DNA from: Raillietiella orientalis
Lineage: Eukaryota
Reading direction: 5' to 3'
Length of the DNA: 64,000 nucleotides
Assembly (NCBI GenBank): GCA_036172245.1
Contig: JAYWIR010000001.1
Coordinates: forward strand, 3,162,001 to 3,226,000
Shown: positions 1 to 13,800 of the stretch, piece by piece
How the letters are laid out: every line of letters starts with the position of its first letter
How positions within the stretch are numbered: position 1 is the first letter of the stretch
Translations under genes and position numbers: made by a program
The notes under the pieces: generated by a model
The model's database searches: none
Seen by the model: the letters and a program-made list of their open reading frames with translations, nothing else
What the model was told of the DNA's origin: nothing

Positions 1-3000
1 CTCCTCCTCGAGTTCTCGAGAGGGCTGGCCCCTCGGATTTCCGCGTTCCCTTCCGAGACGGGTGGGAATCCTATCGGTTCGGCTTCCGAAGAGCCTGCAG
101 CTCCAGTGTCGCGAGCCGTCATCGGGAGAGGGGAGGAGGAGAAACGGGGCCGGATTCCTCGTTCCTCAAGAAGATGAAAAAAGAAAAAGAAAAAAGCGCG
201 GGACCAACCGGCTTCGTCATCCTTGATCTGCGGCTGCCGAGGAGGGTTCCTGACCAGAGCTGTTCATTTAGTGCTTCTCTCCTTGTGCGATTTTTTCATC
301 GGGAACTCACGAGCACGTTCAAACCGATTGCTGCTGGCGTTTTGGATTTCCTCTCTTTCGATTCAACGAACCTCTCGCCTTCCCGGGTACGGACATCGAA
401 GGCATCACAGGATTTGCAGCTGTTTTTCTTTTCTTTTCGTTTCAAGGGCTTGTACGCTTTTCTGTATACAACTTTCCTCGCTGCCCATGGAATGCCTGCA
501 CTGTCACTTGCTGCCGGACGCTTCGAACGTTACAGACCATTCCTTGCTCGGCAAGACAAAATACCCGGAGGACATCAGGGGGGATCTCTTTGCGAAACGA
601 TGGTCGTGCTGTTTCTCACCCGGGTGCGCCGGGGCGTTTATTCCTAAACTATCCAGGAACAGAGTTCCCGGACAAAGGACACAGGAGAAACGAAGGGGGA
701 GGATCCCGGACACGCAGTCGGTAAACCGAAAGTCCGGAACGGGGGGAGGGGACCACAAATACAGATATAAAATATAGAAATGAAGATATGGGGGGGTAGG
801 GGACAGGGGTCGTGCTGTGGCGACGTACGAGAGACCATCTCTGCATCGTTCATTTTCGACGGCGGCGCGGGGGCGCGAGTTTCGGGAGCACCGCGAGAAA
901 AGCGTCCCGGCGAGCCTTCGTGCGCGCCCTCCGACGTCGTTTCACCTAGCGGATGCGGTTTCCCTGGCGAGGGAGAAACGGACTGTGTCATCACCGTTCT
1001 TGCTCGACTCGTTCCGAAAACGCGCGCGCGGCCTCGCACCTCCTGCGAGGGAGGCGGTTGCAGGAACCGGGCTGTCGCACACCCTAGTTCCCGTTCCGCG
1101 AACTTTGCTCCCCGGTCCAGGATTGCGGGCCAATGCGCACCAAAGTGCACGCAGTGATCTGGGCGCGATAATCGAAGTCAAAGATCTTCAGCACGCGGAG
1201 TGGGAAACGAGCTGCTGGAATCTTCTGCGAACTGTGGACAGACGGAGGAACGGTTTCGTTCCTCCTGCCCGAAATCTCTCACACTGACGACGACCCGACC
1301 GCACTCGTCCTCCACGAAGTTCTTCAGGTAGACGACCTCCCTTGGCTTTTTTTGTCTTTCCGTCTTGCAACTCAGTCAGATGGAATCAGCGACAAGAAAC
1401 TGGCCAGCCTGGTACTCGGTGCAGAGGTCAAGGATTAGTTGATCACAAGGGGAATGACGCTCCTCCTCTCTGTCGGTCCGGAGGTCGCCGTAGCCAAGGT
1501 TCGAGCCTTGGTTACGGCAACCTTGAAATGCGCAAGCAAAATTCCGAGTTCCCAGTTCCGACCAACAAAGTCAAGTCTTTGCAGAGAGCCCCGTTATTCT
1601 TGCGGACTGCAGAAAGAAGGACCACGTCGGAGTGCTTCTGAATGCAGAAGCTGCTTTAAAGAAAGACACGTGGAACTTCCGCGACCGGAAACAAGTACCA
1701 CTGACGCGTTCTTGCTGCTGCGATGCTCCGAACTCGTTTCGCCCCGTCGACTGAAAAAGTCCCATCCTACAAACACCATTCGTGTTACGACATAGATGTG
1801 CTAAAATGGCCCTCCCCACCCCCCCAAACAAAAAAACAAAACGAAACAAACGGACCAGCGCCGTGCGCGAGAGTTTCGGGATTGCCACAGAGTTTTCAGT
1901 GATTCCGATTCCATGCAGAGTGGAAGGATTTGCGGGGAAAGCAACTGAAGTGAAATTCACGGCAATCGCTGGCACGCACTCCAGGAAAAAGCAATCCACG
2001 TTTCCATCAATTTCCGCTATTCCCTCCGAGGAGCAAAGCGTATTGGGAATGGTGGATTTGATTCGTAGCTCTAAAAACGGAGGACTTGAGAAGCCGATGG
2101 TCTGACGTGGAACATGCTAACGGTGAATCCAAATGTACCGGAACATCCTTTTCGCAGCTCTGGTGGTGCTGGGAGTCGCCAGTGGCTCGTAGCACCTTAC
2201 AGCACATGAGCAGGGTCCCTCTCCAGCGCAGCTTCGTTTTTGGGGTGGGGGGAGGGGTGGGGCCACAGGAACACGTGAATCCGAGCACGAGGTGCAGCAC
2301 GCGACCAGTTCATCTTCGGAGGTCAGCCAGCCGCTACTGTGGCACAGTGGCGTCGTCTTGCCCGGCTGAAATTTCTAAAGGGGACGGTGAGTTGAACCAA
2401 ATGCAAGCATCCAACGCATCGCTCCTCCTTCGTGCAAGATGCACAGGGATGCAGATGTCAGACAGAATCCTTGAAGAGAGTCTCTTAGAAACGAGGGACA
2501 GGGCTCATTAGTTCCGAATGTGGCACTCCACTAGAATCAGCAAAAATGCACGACCCTTTTTTTTGTGTGTGTGTATGTGTGTGTGGAGGAGGGCGGCTAC
2601 TGACCGAGATGGGTTTTCTGCTGCAGCCAACTCGCAAATTCTCTGTTTCCCCAGAACACTGCCTGCTAGCGCGTAGACCGGAGTCTCAAGGTGCCTGTGA
2701 CATCTTCCTTGTTCACCTGGCGCGCCCGCGGGCAGAGTTCACCTCCTGGGTGTTCCTGCAAACAGTGGCTAGCCTGCGACGGCGACGTGGTGAAGGTGAC
2801 GTCCTCTCGGAAGAAATCTTCTTGGCATCCTAGCCGGCAAGCGCAAGGGAAGCGCGCGCGTCGCATTTCCTCAACTCGCGACGAAAGTGGCTGTTTGGTC
2901 CGGCCGCCCGTTTGCGTGGACTTGCATCAGTCGGAAGAGAAGCGGAGTGACGGTCTGCTTCAGGTCTCGCCCTCGTCTTCGGCGGCAGAGTGGTCGCGAC

Positions 3001-6000
3001 CTCTCGGCGGAGATCCGTTGTGGAAAAGAAAACGCCTGGTGTGGGTGTTGCGCAGATCATTCACGGTGTGGACCAGTATTTTCCAGCATCACCCCAAACA
3101 CAATGTGCTCGCAGCTGCTCGTTGCGCACAAAGCAAAGCACATGGAGACGCACGCGCTCTCGGAAGATGATGGATCCGGAGCGGATGGCGCGAGTCTCCT
3201 ATTCGGATTTCTTAGGCATGGGCAAGCTTTCGTTTCGATGCTTGCGAACTCGGGATTTCTGGATGATTTTCCAGGAGATTTTTTCTCCAGAGCAGCCCTT
3301 ACTTCCGTACATTTCTGGAACAGGGCTGAACGCAGCCGACATGTCGAAGGTGGTCATTAGAGCCAGACAAGAGGGAGGTTTCAGCTAACGTTCAAGTGCA
3401 CGCTGCTTTCGCTTGACGCATTTCAACCACTGGTACGTTTCAACCCCGGTCAGTCTTGCGTATGCCGTCGGGAACGAGTGCCGGAAGCAGAGAGTGTCAG
3501 AGATTCACCGCGTGAAGAGCAATTATTATTATGAATTTGGAAAAAAAGAATAAAAACACCGCGATGGGTTTCGAGTGATGGAAACCACTAATCTTCAGGC
3601 CGCGTCCACTTCCTAAAGCTAATGTGGTGTCAACTCGCCCGCTTCCAGTTGCCCATCGTAGAGGATTACCAAAAGCCGTCACCACCAGGTGGGGCATTTT
3701 CATGCCCACTCCGAAGACACTTGTCATGGTGCGTACCTGCAGGGACAGCGGAAATGAGTCCCATCCATTCACTACCTACCTGAATTAGCTGAGGCTCACG
3801 CTCATCACGTTGTCACTGGTGTTGACTTTGTGGTGAAGATTGGGGAGCCTTTCGGAAATAAGCCCGTCGGCTGATTTCCCCACCCCTCAAATCCGAGTAT
3901 TCTTAAGCATCCTTGAGGAAAGAAATGAATCTGGAAGCTGCAGAGACAACCAGCTTAGTCGGTTTGCCACCATAGCACTTCGGACAAGGAGGAGACTACA
4001 AGGAAAACAAAGTGTAAAGCAAAAGTCAATGGAAAAAGATCCGATACTTCCATTGAAGGATTTTCAAGAGGGCTCTGGGGACACACTGTGTTCTTGTGAA
4101 AACACCCTTTCAAATCCTAGATGTGACCTTTCTCTTCGTCTTCTTCTTCGCAAATTGACTCCCTAAACAGAAGCATGAAATCAGAAAGATCTAATGAAAT
4201 CTTTTAAAGAACCATAAAGACTGAGTACCTAACAAGAGAATTTTTTTTTTTTTTTTAATTCGAGATTTGCGCACACCAGTGGGATTCCTTTAAACGGAGG
4301 TGGTTTTTCCCCCGTTTGCTTCTTAAATTAAAGGAAACTACACTCGGAAGGATTTTTTTTAAAAAAAAATGAAAAAGACTTGGGAAGCTGGAAAAAAGTC
4401 AGAGTGTATCTAAAATTCCGAAAATTCTTTCACGTGACAGCACTGATTCGCTGAGGTAATCAATTCACACATCAAAAAGATACTTCTTTGGCACTGATGG
4501 CGCAGCACGAAGCACAAAACCTTAGAAGTGCTGCAGCTGGGATCGTAGATGACTTGATAAAGCGAGCTGCTGCTCTTCAGTTGGATGGAGGTGTACAGAT
4601 GTTACGAGGGAAACCCCTCTAGCACTTTTCCTGAGAGTTTCGGAACTGCGCACCACGGGGAACATGTGTTACTTTCAAAAAAAAAAATAAAATAAAATAA
4701 ACGGGGATGCATCTGGAAAAGATCTTTCCCAGGTAATGCAGGGATTATTGAGTGCAAGGAAGGAAAGATGGGAAGAGCGTAGCGTGATCTGTATCCACAT
4801 ACGGTAATGGAGCAGCAGACCACAAGTGTCGTCTTGAGGATGAAGGAAAAGTCCTTCCTTCCCCTTCAGCCCCTGTGTGATGAGTGCAGCGACTTGCTCT
4901 CCAGGAAACAAAAGCAGAAAGCTGATCCCGTTTCATCGAACAAAAAAAAAAAGGATGACCGAAACACACGCTTGCTGCTGCTGCTGCTGCTGGAAGAAGC
5001 CTCTGGCTTGGTAAACCATTCCATAAATCTTGCATGCTTTGGAATCCCAGCTCGCAGCTCCACACTTTCATAACAACTTGGAGTTCACACACGGCTCTCT
5101 GGAAAGGGGAATTCTCGCTCCAGGATGCAGGGTATCATTATTATGTTTTGACGCGTTTGACTCCACTTGCAACACATTTTGGAGATTACGCCTGTTTTTA
5201 TGGACTGCTCCAGCTTAAGGGAAGCGTTTGAAAACGTTGAATGGACTCGATTCATCCGGAATGGGTAGCAGCGGAGGCACGTTTTCAATGGGGGATCAGC
5301 TCTGCCTCCCCAAAGGAAGGTTTGCTGTGCACCAGTGGTATAAATCAGAAAATTTGGCATCGTCTCCTGTGGTGAAGGACTTTCCGGGTGAGGATGATAA
5401 AAGTGACCCCTCCTATTGAAACTTGTGATGTTCGCACGTAGAGATACCGGAAAAGGAATGCGACTCGCATTTCCCTTTCTTGATAAATGAATCGAACTGC
5501 AGGAAGTGATCGGATTTTATCACCATTTCGTGCGGAAACTGTAACCGAAGCAACATTTTGCGGCGGCTTTCAAGAAAATCTCGTTGACACTGCTGTCGAG
5601 TCCATGTTTTTCGAGGCTTTTTGTTTTTGTTTTGTTTTGTTTTTTGTTTTTTTTGTTTTTTCAAGGCAAAGTGTGCAGAACACTTTTCACCGAGGTCAGC
5701 AAAGAGTATCTTCCAGTAGGCCATAAAGCCATTACTCGGCTTTCGCCACTTGGGGTCGACACGACTCTGAAAGATAAAAATTCACTGAAGTTACAGTTAT
5801 CGGGACAAGATAGAGTTACTATCGGAAGCAGGACTCGGGACTCGATAACCTCGGTCACTCCAGTTGCCTCAGGAATCGCAAATCTCGTCCACAGTTCGAG
5901 GACGTCGACTTACTTAGCGAGCGATTCCCTTAATGCACCCTTTTCTCGTACATGCACGGTATATTTTTTTTTTTCCTCTGGATGATGTTGACAGCGTGCT

Positions 6001-7231
6001 GGAACGAGATGAGCTGTGAGAATATATATACACACGTACGCAACGCAAAGTGTACGTTGTTGAAATCCCAAAAAAAGTTCGTGAGACATGGGTAAAGAGA
6101 GCATCTAATCTCGCCGCTAAGTGTGGTTCTTCAAATTTCCCGCAGACGTTTGGTGCGCTTCTGAAGGTGTCATCCGAGATCGTGAGATTCGAAAGCACTT
6201 CTTCGGAAAACTCAGATTTACGACGCAAAAAAACACACACACAAAAAAAATCGATTTCATCATCAGAATGCTGCTGATGAAAATAACAGTCCACTCCTGG
6301 ATGAGGTTCGCTGGTGTTCAACGTGCCTGCTGTTTGCGACAAATGAGCAGCCAAAGACGTGGACAACTGAGCGCTGCAAATTCCACATGCCAAGCGATAG
6401 AAGGTCCTCACAAAGCTCACTTACCCGACTTTTAATATATACATATATATACACACGTGTGTGTGTGTGTGTATTCAGCAGGTGGGTGATTTTATCCCAC
6501 GTGGTTCGGTTCTGTAATTTGCAAAGCCACTTCGGGAATGTTTATCCCTGGATCAGTTGGGTTTGGAGCGACTGTGCAGTCCTAAGGCACACTCGTTCCA
6601 GGAATGCAGCTTGTGTATATTTACGAAGAGGATGGATGCGGATGTCATCTGGTTTTGTAAGATGGTGATGCTTGCCAGCGGGATCCATCCTCCGAGGACT
6701 GATCCCTTGGTTGCAGCGAAGGACGAAGTCGCTTGAATGTTCTCGGAGGTTCGGATGCCTCCTGGGAGCAGGTGCGGTCCATTTGGACGGTTCGTGGAGA
6801 GCAGCGGATGCATCTGGTCCCTCAAGGAGGTGCTCTCGGTTCTTCCGTTGGTGTTTCGTGAGGTGATGCAAGCCACGTCGGCAAAATTATGGATCTCTTG
6901 CAAGAATGGTAGATAAGTGTTACATGATGTGAACGCTGCAAAAGAGATGAGAGTTTCAGTTTTGCTTGCCTTCACACGCATTTCGTAGTCCTTGGAATTG
7001 GAAAAAAAAAAAAAAGTGCAAACACGTGTTTTCATTTTATAGTTTTCTAGATTTTCTAAGCAGCTTGCATCTTGAATGCCTTGAACTTTGGATGTATCGG
7101 AAAAGAGCAAACTACCAAATATAAAATGGTTTCGTGACTGCATAGGAGGGTGATTGTTTTATGGAGCCCGAGGTGGTGGTGTTTGTCCAAGAAGCAACAT
7201 GGCGTCTGCACTCGGGAGCGAGCAAGAAAGC

Positions 7232-7234
<3 letters not shown>

Positions 7235-7276
<42 letters not shown>
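7235..7276. repeat. (AC)21 microsatellite
   Basis: Read directly from the sequence. Confidence 0.97.
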
Positions 7277-7278
<2 letters not shown>

Positions 7279-7870
7279 GTAGACACGCCTTCTGTGCATA
7301 ATCATAATGATGCTGAGAGCGCAGTATGCGATAAAGGTGAGCAGTCGAGCAAACTACCAGCGGGACACGAACACTGTGTTTCTGCTGACGTCATTCACTC
7401 AACTGCCAACAAACAACCTGTGAACGTCTCAAACTGTGTGCGTGCAAAAGCGTGGAAGTGCCCGGGAAAGTGCAGGAATCGCAAGCGGATTTTCTCCCCC
7501 ATGGCACCTTCGATTCATGCTGGGATCAGTAACAATGGGAAGCATGGCGAACGCTTTGAAAACTCCAGTCAGTAACGTGAACTCCGGTTTCACTTGTGTT
7601 TCATCCTAAAGCTTTGCACGGAGAATGCGGAGAGGAACTCTTCCTTTTTTCCCTAGCTTTACAGGCAAGGACTTCGCTGTCCTTCGAAAGGGAAACGTTC
7701 TCCGGCTACTCTGTACACAAAGTATACCTGCTCCGTGTGTACTGCCCTCGAGTCATGCATTTTAAGTTCTCGGATTCGCCTCCAGTTCCCTGCCAATCAT
7801 CCAAAGACTCACAGTGACTTGGAGCAGTTTCGTTCCCATTCGTTACCAAAGCAACCATGAAAGAAAAATG

Positions 7871-7892
7871 TATATATATATATATATATATA
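7871..7892. repeat. (TA)11 microsatellite
   Basis: Read directly from the sequence. Confidence 0.95.
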
Positions 7893-10800
7893 GGAGGGGC
7901 TTCGAATTCGCCAAACCGAAGAACGGACGAACCCAATGCTTCTAATGACAGATGTTCCTCCCTTTCAGAGGTTAAACTCCCCCACCCCAGACGACTAAAC
8001 GTCTCAAGATGAAACGAAAGCAGGTGATGTCATCCGCTGGAACAACTTCAATTGGAATATTCCTGGGGCTGGGATCTCCGCAGGACGCGAACGGAACGCT
8101 TCTCTCTCTTCTGAACGAGATCACCTGGTCCCCCAGCACGGTTCCTTGGTCCACAGTGCCATCCATCCATGGTTTCGAGCCAAAATGCTGCTGGTTGCCG
8201 CCGGCTTGGCCACCGGTCTCGCATGACACGCCGCTGATCCTCACCGGTGCGGAATCGCATGCGCTTGGTAAATGTCCACAAAAGCCCGCGCTCCCACCAC
8301 ATCCGCTTCACTCGCAAGATCTCTCTCAGCCGAGTGACCAGCCTACTGTCTTTGAACGGTCAAAAGCGGAGCTCCGCTCTCGGAAAATCAGAATTCCTGC
8401 TCCCCTAATTAGTCAGGGGGTCATTACCGGAGACGAATCTCCCATTACGAAGGTTTCTGCTTGTGGGGTTATGAAGAATGGGCCTTTCAGAGAAAATCAT
8501 GGCGTTCCAAAAGAAATTCTTCATAGCTACGAGTCGACTTTGATTTCGGTAACCACATGCCGCAAGCCGCAACCCAAAAATTACGGAAGCGTAGAGGCAA
8601 AAGAAAATGAGGATGAAACCATGCTGAAGCTTAGTCAAAACAGATCAACAGTCCTCCTGGAGGAGACGGAAGCGATTTTCAAAAGTCTAGAGCGTGGTCG
8701 CGGAATGTAAAAGCACTCGGTCAGCTACGTTGAAGGGAAAGCCGGCAGAAAAACCTGGACCAGGGTTGTATTAGCAACGAAGAGAGATTCATCAGTCACT
8801 CGTGCACGCAGGACGCCCTTTTATTTTTTTGATGCCGCGTTGATCTGTATGAAGGAATGCGCGCACGCATGCAAGGAAAGTGTCGTTACATTGTGTCTTC
8901 GTGCTTGTCTGCCCCGTTCATTGGTTTGCTTCCAGCTGCGGTGTGCTGGTGTAGGTTTCTGAGCAGGTGATGTCCGCTCCTGTCCGGTTCTTGAGGTTCC
9001 TCTATGGCAGAAGGATCGTTTTTTGTTTCTAGAGTACTTTCGGCAGAACCCGCGGTTACCGTGGTTTTGATGTGCAAGAAAGGTAGCGGTCGTGTACAGT
9101 CCCGTCGGAAGAACACAGTACCACCCGAGCAGCATTCTCTCACTTGGATATCTTTGCATTCCAGTTGGAATCCGCCGTATTGTTTACCTTTCCGGCACAA
9201 AATTAAAGAGGCACAAATGTACCTCTAGGATCAGCGGCAGTGGGGGGAGTAACCCAGAAGAGACATCAGAGTTATGCGCATCGGGGTGCATGCAAACGCC
9301 GGAAGTACGTGTTCAAATGAGAAGAACTGCAGTGACCTTCAGAGTTGGAAATGTGAAACCTCAAAGTTTACTCAGCGTTGACTCATACCTGCAAACCAGG
9401 AAGACATCGGAAAACTTTAGGCTATCTTAGAATCCGAGCCGGCATCCTGGAAAATTCCCTAAGATTCACCACGGGATCTCTCGTCAACAACGAGGAGATG
9501 AGCCGCATTCACATCACCGGCCACGCCCTGACCATGTAAACTTCTGAGTTATGCTAGCCACAGTAAGTGGTTTCGGTACTGACCAGCCTCATTCAAACCA
9601 GGAACACGGCTTCTCATAGTTACGTAACTTCATATTCTGACTTATTCCTCCCGTCCTTTCCATGATGCCCAAAAGGACCAGGATAGACTCTTCATCTAAC
9701 TCTCACAAACATTCCCTTCAATTCCATCCTTGGGAATCGGCATCCATCCATCTTTGTTTCACCTCACTAGAATCTCGCCGATTCCGAGAGTCATAAACGT
9801 CAGTGCCACCCCTTGTTGTGAGCATACGACCCCGGATACCCTAGATGCCTCTTTTACATCCATCCTCATTGCCGCTGTCCTTTTGTTCCTATCTCTGTCC
9901 ATCCCGGAAGGAAAGGAAAGGAAATAGCACTTCTCCAAGAATTCGCCTCAGTAATACCGTAGCCGATTTCTGTGAGTCTTCAAAGGGTGAGGAACGTTTG
10001 AGGAAGGATTGGCAAAATGGAAATCTTGGGCAAAAATGCCCACACCGTCTCCAGGCAGCGAAACTCGAAATGACGGGGAATATCGACAAACAACGATCTC
10101 ATGCTGTTAGTCTTTTTTGTTGTTGTTGTTCTTTGCTTTTTATCTTCTTCGGCTCTTTGTCTGCGGACCGTTCTGGATCGAAGTCTCGACGAATCCCCCC
10201 GTTCCCGAAGCCGCCTGTTTTCGTTTCCATGGTTTCCAGTTCTCCCTGCTCGCAAGATTTCCTTCTCTTTATTTACATCTGCCGGCAGCAGCATCTCCGC
10301 TCGTTTCGTCCCATTCGTTTCCCGCTCACGGGAGAGGTGTGCGCTCCAGCCAGCATCTCGCATCCTCCTCTTTCACATGCGCGCGCGGATTCCCGTTTGG
10401 CATCCCCCTTAGCGACTACCATGTGACCTTTCCGATCTCATTCGTGCTTTTGCGGAGAAAATGAGTTCCTAAATGGTAGCGAGGAGAAAATTTCAAGAAC
10501 CTCCGGAGAAAAAAAAAAAAAAGGAAGACAACCACGTTTTGATTACGCTTCTTAACGAATCCCGCTCTCACCACAGTGACTCACCAAACATTTTGAGTCA
10601 ATCGTCAAGGAGGAGCGATGACGTGAGCATGACTTTTCGGAATTCTTTCGCTTTCCACTTCCCCCTCCTCCTTCCGATCCACAAAGCTGCATGCGGAATG
10701 TACACATGGTAGCTGCTGCTGCACAGCTTCTTCCTCGTATCTTCCTCAATTATCTTTCCGATGATCGCTTCTTCCGTGAGTGCTCAGGTGTTTCACGTTC

Positions 10801-13800
10801 TTCTCCTTTCGTACTCAACTCAGCTCCCTTGACCGGTCCTGATGTGGTCCGCCGTGCACCGCAGGGTCCCCACGGGAAGTCTGAGGGTGTCTCTCCTTCC
10901 CGGACTCGCACTTCTCACGAAAGAGCGAGAAGGAACAAACGGGATGAAGGATCGGAAGGAACGAAACAGGAAAATCTTATCCGAGAAGGATCATAGCTCC
11001 TCCCGGCGAAGAATAGCTCCTTTGACACAGCTGAAGGACACTTCGTCCGGCAGAGAGGGAGAAGGTTGCTTTGTGATCACGGAGGTCGCAGCTTCCAGCT
11101 CGTGATTGCTTCCCGGTACGGAAATCGCACGCAGTTTTCCCTGCACACGACGAGAGCCCGGGATGTCAAACAGGAAGGGACTGAGAAAAACTTCTTGAGT
11201 CATTTATGTGTTTTTCTAATCATCGATATCTCGGTAGGACCGTTCTGAAAGCATCCTGCGAGAACATCAGGGCAAAGCGTGTTTTCTGGGTGACACTGAA
11301 GAAGATGGCGTCACTGGTCTTCTTTCGGAGCTTGCAAAGGTTAAAAGCCTAGGTTTCTGGTGTCACCGTCGCCGCGCGAGTTCTGGCTCCCTTCGCGTCG
11401 TGGACGGCGCGTTTCGCTCCTGTGCGCTGCATTATGAGGATGCAAAAGCCTTAGCCCTAGTCCCAACTGTGTCCTCATTACGTTCCACGGAAGCGGAGTG
11501 GACTGACCAAACTCTCGCTCATTATCGTCAGCTGAACGGACATTTGCGGAAGAGCATCGCCACAACAGACGCCTGCGTTCGTTCTCCGGAGTCCAGCACG
11601 CGCTCAGAGATTCCGCGGAGCTGCTTTTCCGCACCTATCCGCTAGGAGGAGCCTCTTCGCAAGACCGAATTTCCTGTTGCCATTTGAGCTCGGTTCCTGC
11701 GAACAAAAATTTCAGCCGCAATCTCGTAAAAAGACGAACCGAACCTCTTCCAAGGCTCTGAATATCAGACGCACACTCCAAATCTTGATTTCATACAAAA
11801 CCCAGGGTCGAAAGATTTCCATGTCGGTCAACGACACCAAATGCTTTCCCATAGCACCGGTTTCCAAGACGCTTCAGAACGAATGTGGCAGGGAGCACAT
11901 CCGTACGCGTTCTCAGCGTAGTTAGACAAGAAGAAATCCCACGTCTGCGCAGCCTGGTGACATCAGAAGCACTGGAAGGAGAGCTGGAAAAAGTACGATG
12001 ATACTGTGATACGGGGGTTCAGTTTCCGATTTCCTCCGAACCTCCACGTCTAGCGAAATCTTCTGAATCTTCTGGCTCAGCTGGCAAATTCCGATGTATC
12101 ATTTTTTCACTGGCATGCATAGAGATGAGCACTGAAATATCCCGTGCGTTCAAGCCCGGTCCTTGAAAAGAACATCAGCACCCAGAACGCAGCATGAAAG
12201 GGACAAACGGCAACAGCTCGCGAAACGACGGCAGCTTCATTCCTGTTGTCTGCTTCACGTTCCGAAAGGATGGCTAACTGGATGGGAGACGAAACTCCCT
12301 CGGAGGATGCGTGAACATGATGGAGATCCTATTCCGGTCCATGAGCAGTCTTCGGACCGGGCATCGGAAGTATGCGCCCTTTCCCCAGAAGGGTGCGAAA
12401 CTGCCCAACGCATTGCCTGCCGCCAAAAACTTCCTTCTTTCCATCTTGACGATGCAGTTCGTCCGCGGATGCTCTTCTGAAGCTCCCTTGCACTTTCCAG
12501 GTCTTCCTTCCTTGGTTTCGTTTCACGAAGCACGCCATTTCCTCACACCTGCCATTCCTCAAGCAGGAGAACGCTAGCTTGACAAAGAACGCTGCTCACC
12601 CGTTTTCTCTTCTTCTGCTTTAAGAAATGTGGCCAAACAGCTGTGACAACCCTTGATGCACTTTCTCCATTCTGTGACAATTCCTACCCAGCATGCCTTT
12701 TTCCCCCTCCTTCACTACGATGATCCGGGTATTGAAAAACTGGAAGGCTCCTGGCAAGGGTATGCCCGTGGGGCCACATAGAAGTGCATCAGCCGCTCAA
12801 GACCGCTCCATTCGCTCCGTTCCCATCCGGGCTCCGACCTCGCGAATTTCAGCAAGCAGGCAGAGCTACAGGTCACGTCAGAATCCGAAGCCATCGCAAG
12901 CGAGGAGGCGATTGCCTCCGCCAGGTTTCTCCACTCTCCCTCCTTATGTCTTTTTTCCATTTGGTTCTTCCATACACGGTTGCATTTCAAAGATTCTGCA
13001 CACCCTCTCACGACTTGCTTCCTGCCAGAGATGTTTGCCTGCGTTCCGAGGAAAAAAAAAAACTCTGGACCGACGCGAGGCAGCTTCTCTCGGCTTTGCT
13101 CGTGAACGCGAGTCACGAACAAAACCGATTATTGTTTTTAATTTCCTGGTGCCCACGAAGGAGTTGTTGATCGTCGAGAGCTTGCAGTGGGAAAAGAAGT
13201 TCCAAGTTTGGCTTTTCCTCCAGTTTCGTTTTCTTCTTTCCGTCCCTGCAACGTCTTTGGCTTCCCAGGCATGGCCATCGTTGCATGGGAGTTGCTGTCC
13301 AAAGGGCATCTGCGAAAGGCTCATTCTCGCCACACGCATTCCCTCGCGAGCTCACTCGTGTCGCCAATGCCTCAACGTGCTGTCAGGAATGCAAAGGAAC
13401 AACTCGAAGCCACCGGCTGCACCTTGGCGCGCCCCCGGTCGAAAACGCAGGAGGCGGTCCGCCGAACGACGCGCATTCGATTTCGGGACTCGAGGAATCT
13501 TCCAACGGAGACTGGGGGGTGCGGGAACATTCGCCGCCCACTTGAAGGAGGGAGAGGAGGAGAAACCCGCCTTCACTCCCGAATGGAAAGTTCCCTGAAA
13601 GCCGGCGATGACGGCCAGAACACAAGGAAGAGAGTGGCAACGCGCAGCAAAGCAGAGGCGCTTCTTTCCGGAGCGGCGGTTAGCCAATTTGAGGACGAAG
13701 TTCGTCCTCCCACCAGGAGCCACTAGAGCCGTCCTTCTCGGAGAACCTGGTGAGGAGCCTGAAGTCAACGAGAGGCTGAGAAACAGGGTGAGAGCTTTCC

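Noticed and set aside
3165-3225. EF-hand-like peptide MDPERMARVSYSDFLGM in ORF 2990-3388
   Set aside because: The loop residues are non-canonical, and I see no second EF-hand or convincing splice sites.
8009-8710. 233-aa ATG-initiated ORF, plus the 301-aa ORF at 12693-13598, upstream of Egfr
   Set aside because: Neither has a recognisable domain or exon-like codon pattern. A BLASTX hit or RNA-seq coverage would be needed to support them.
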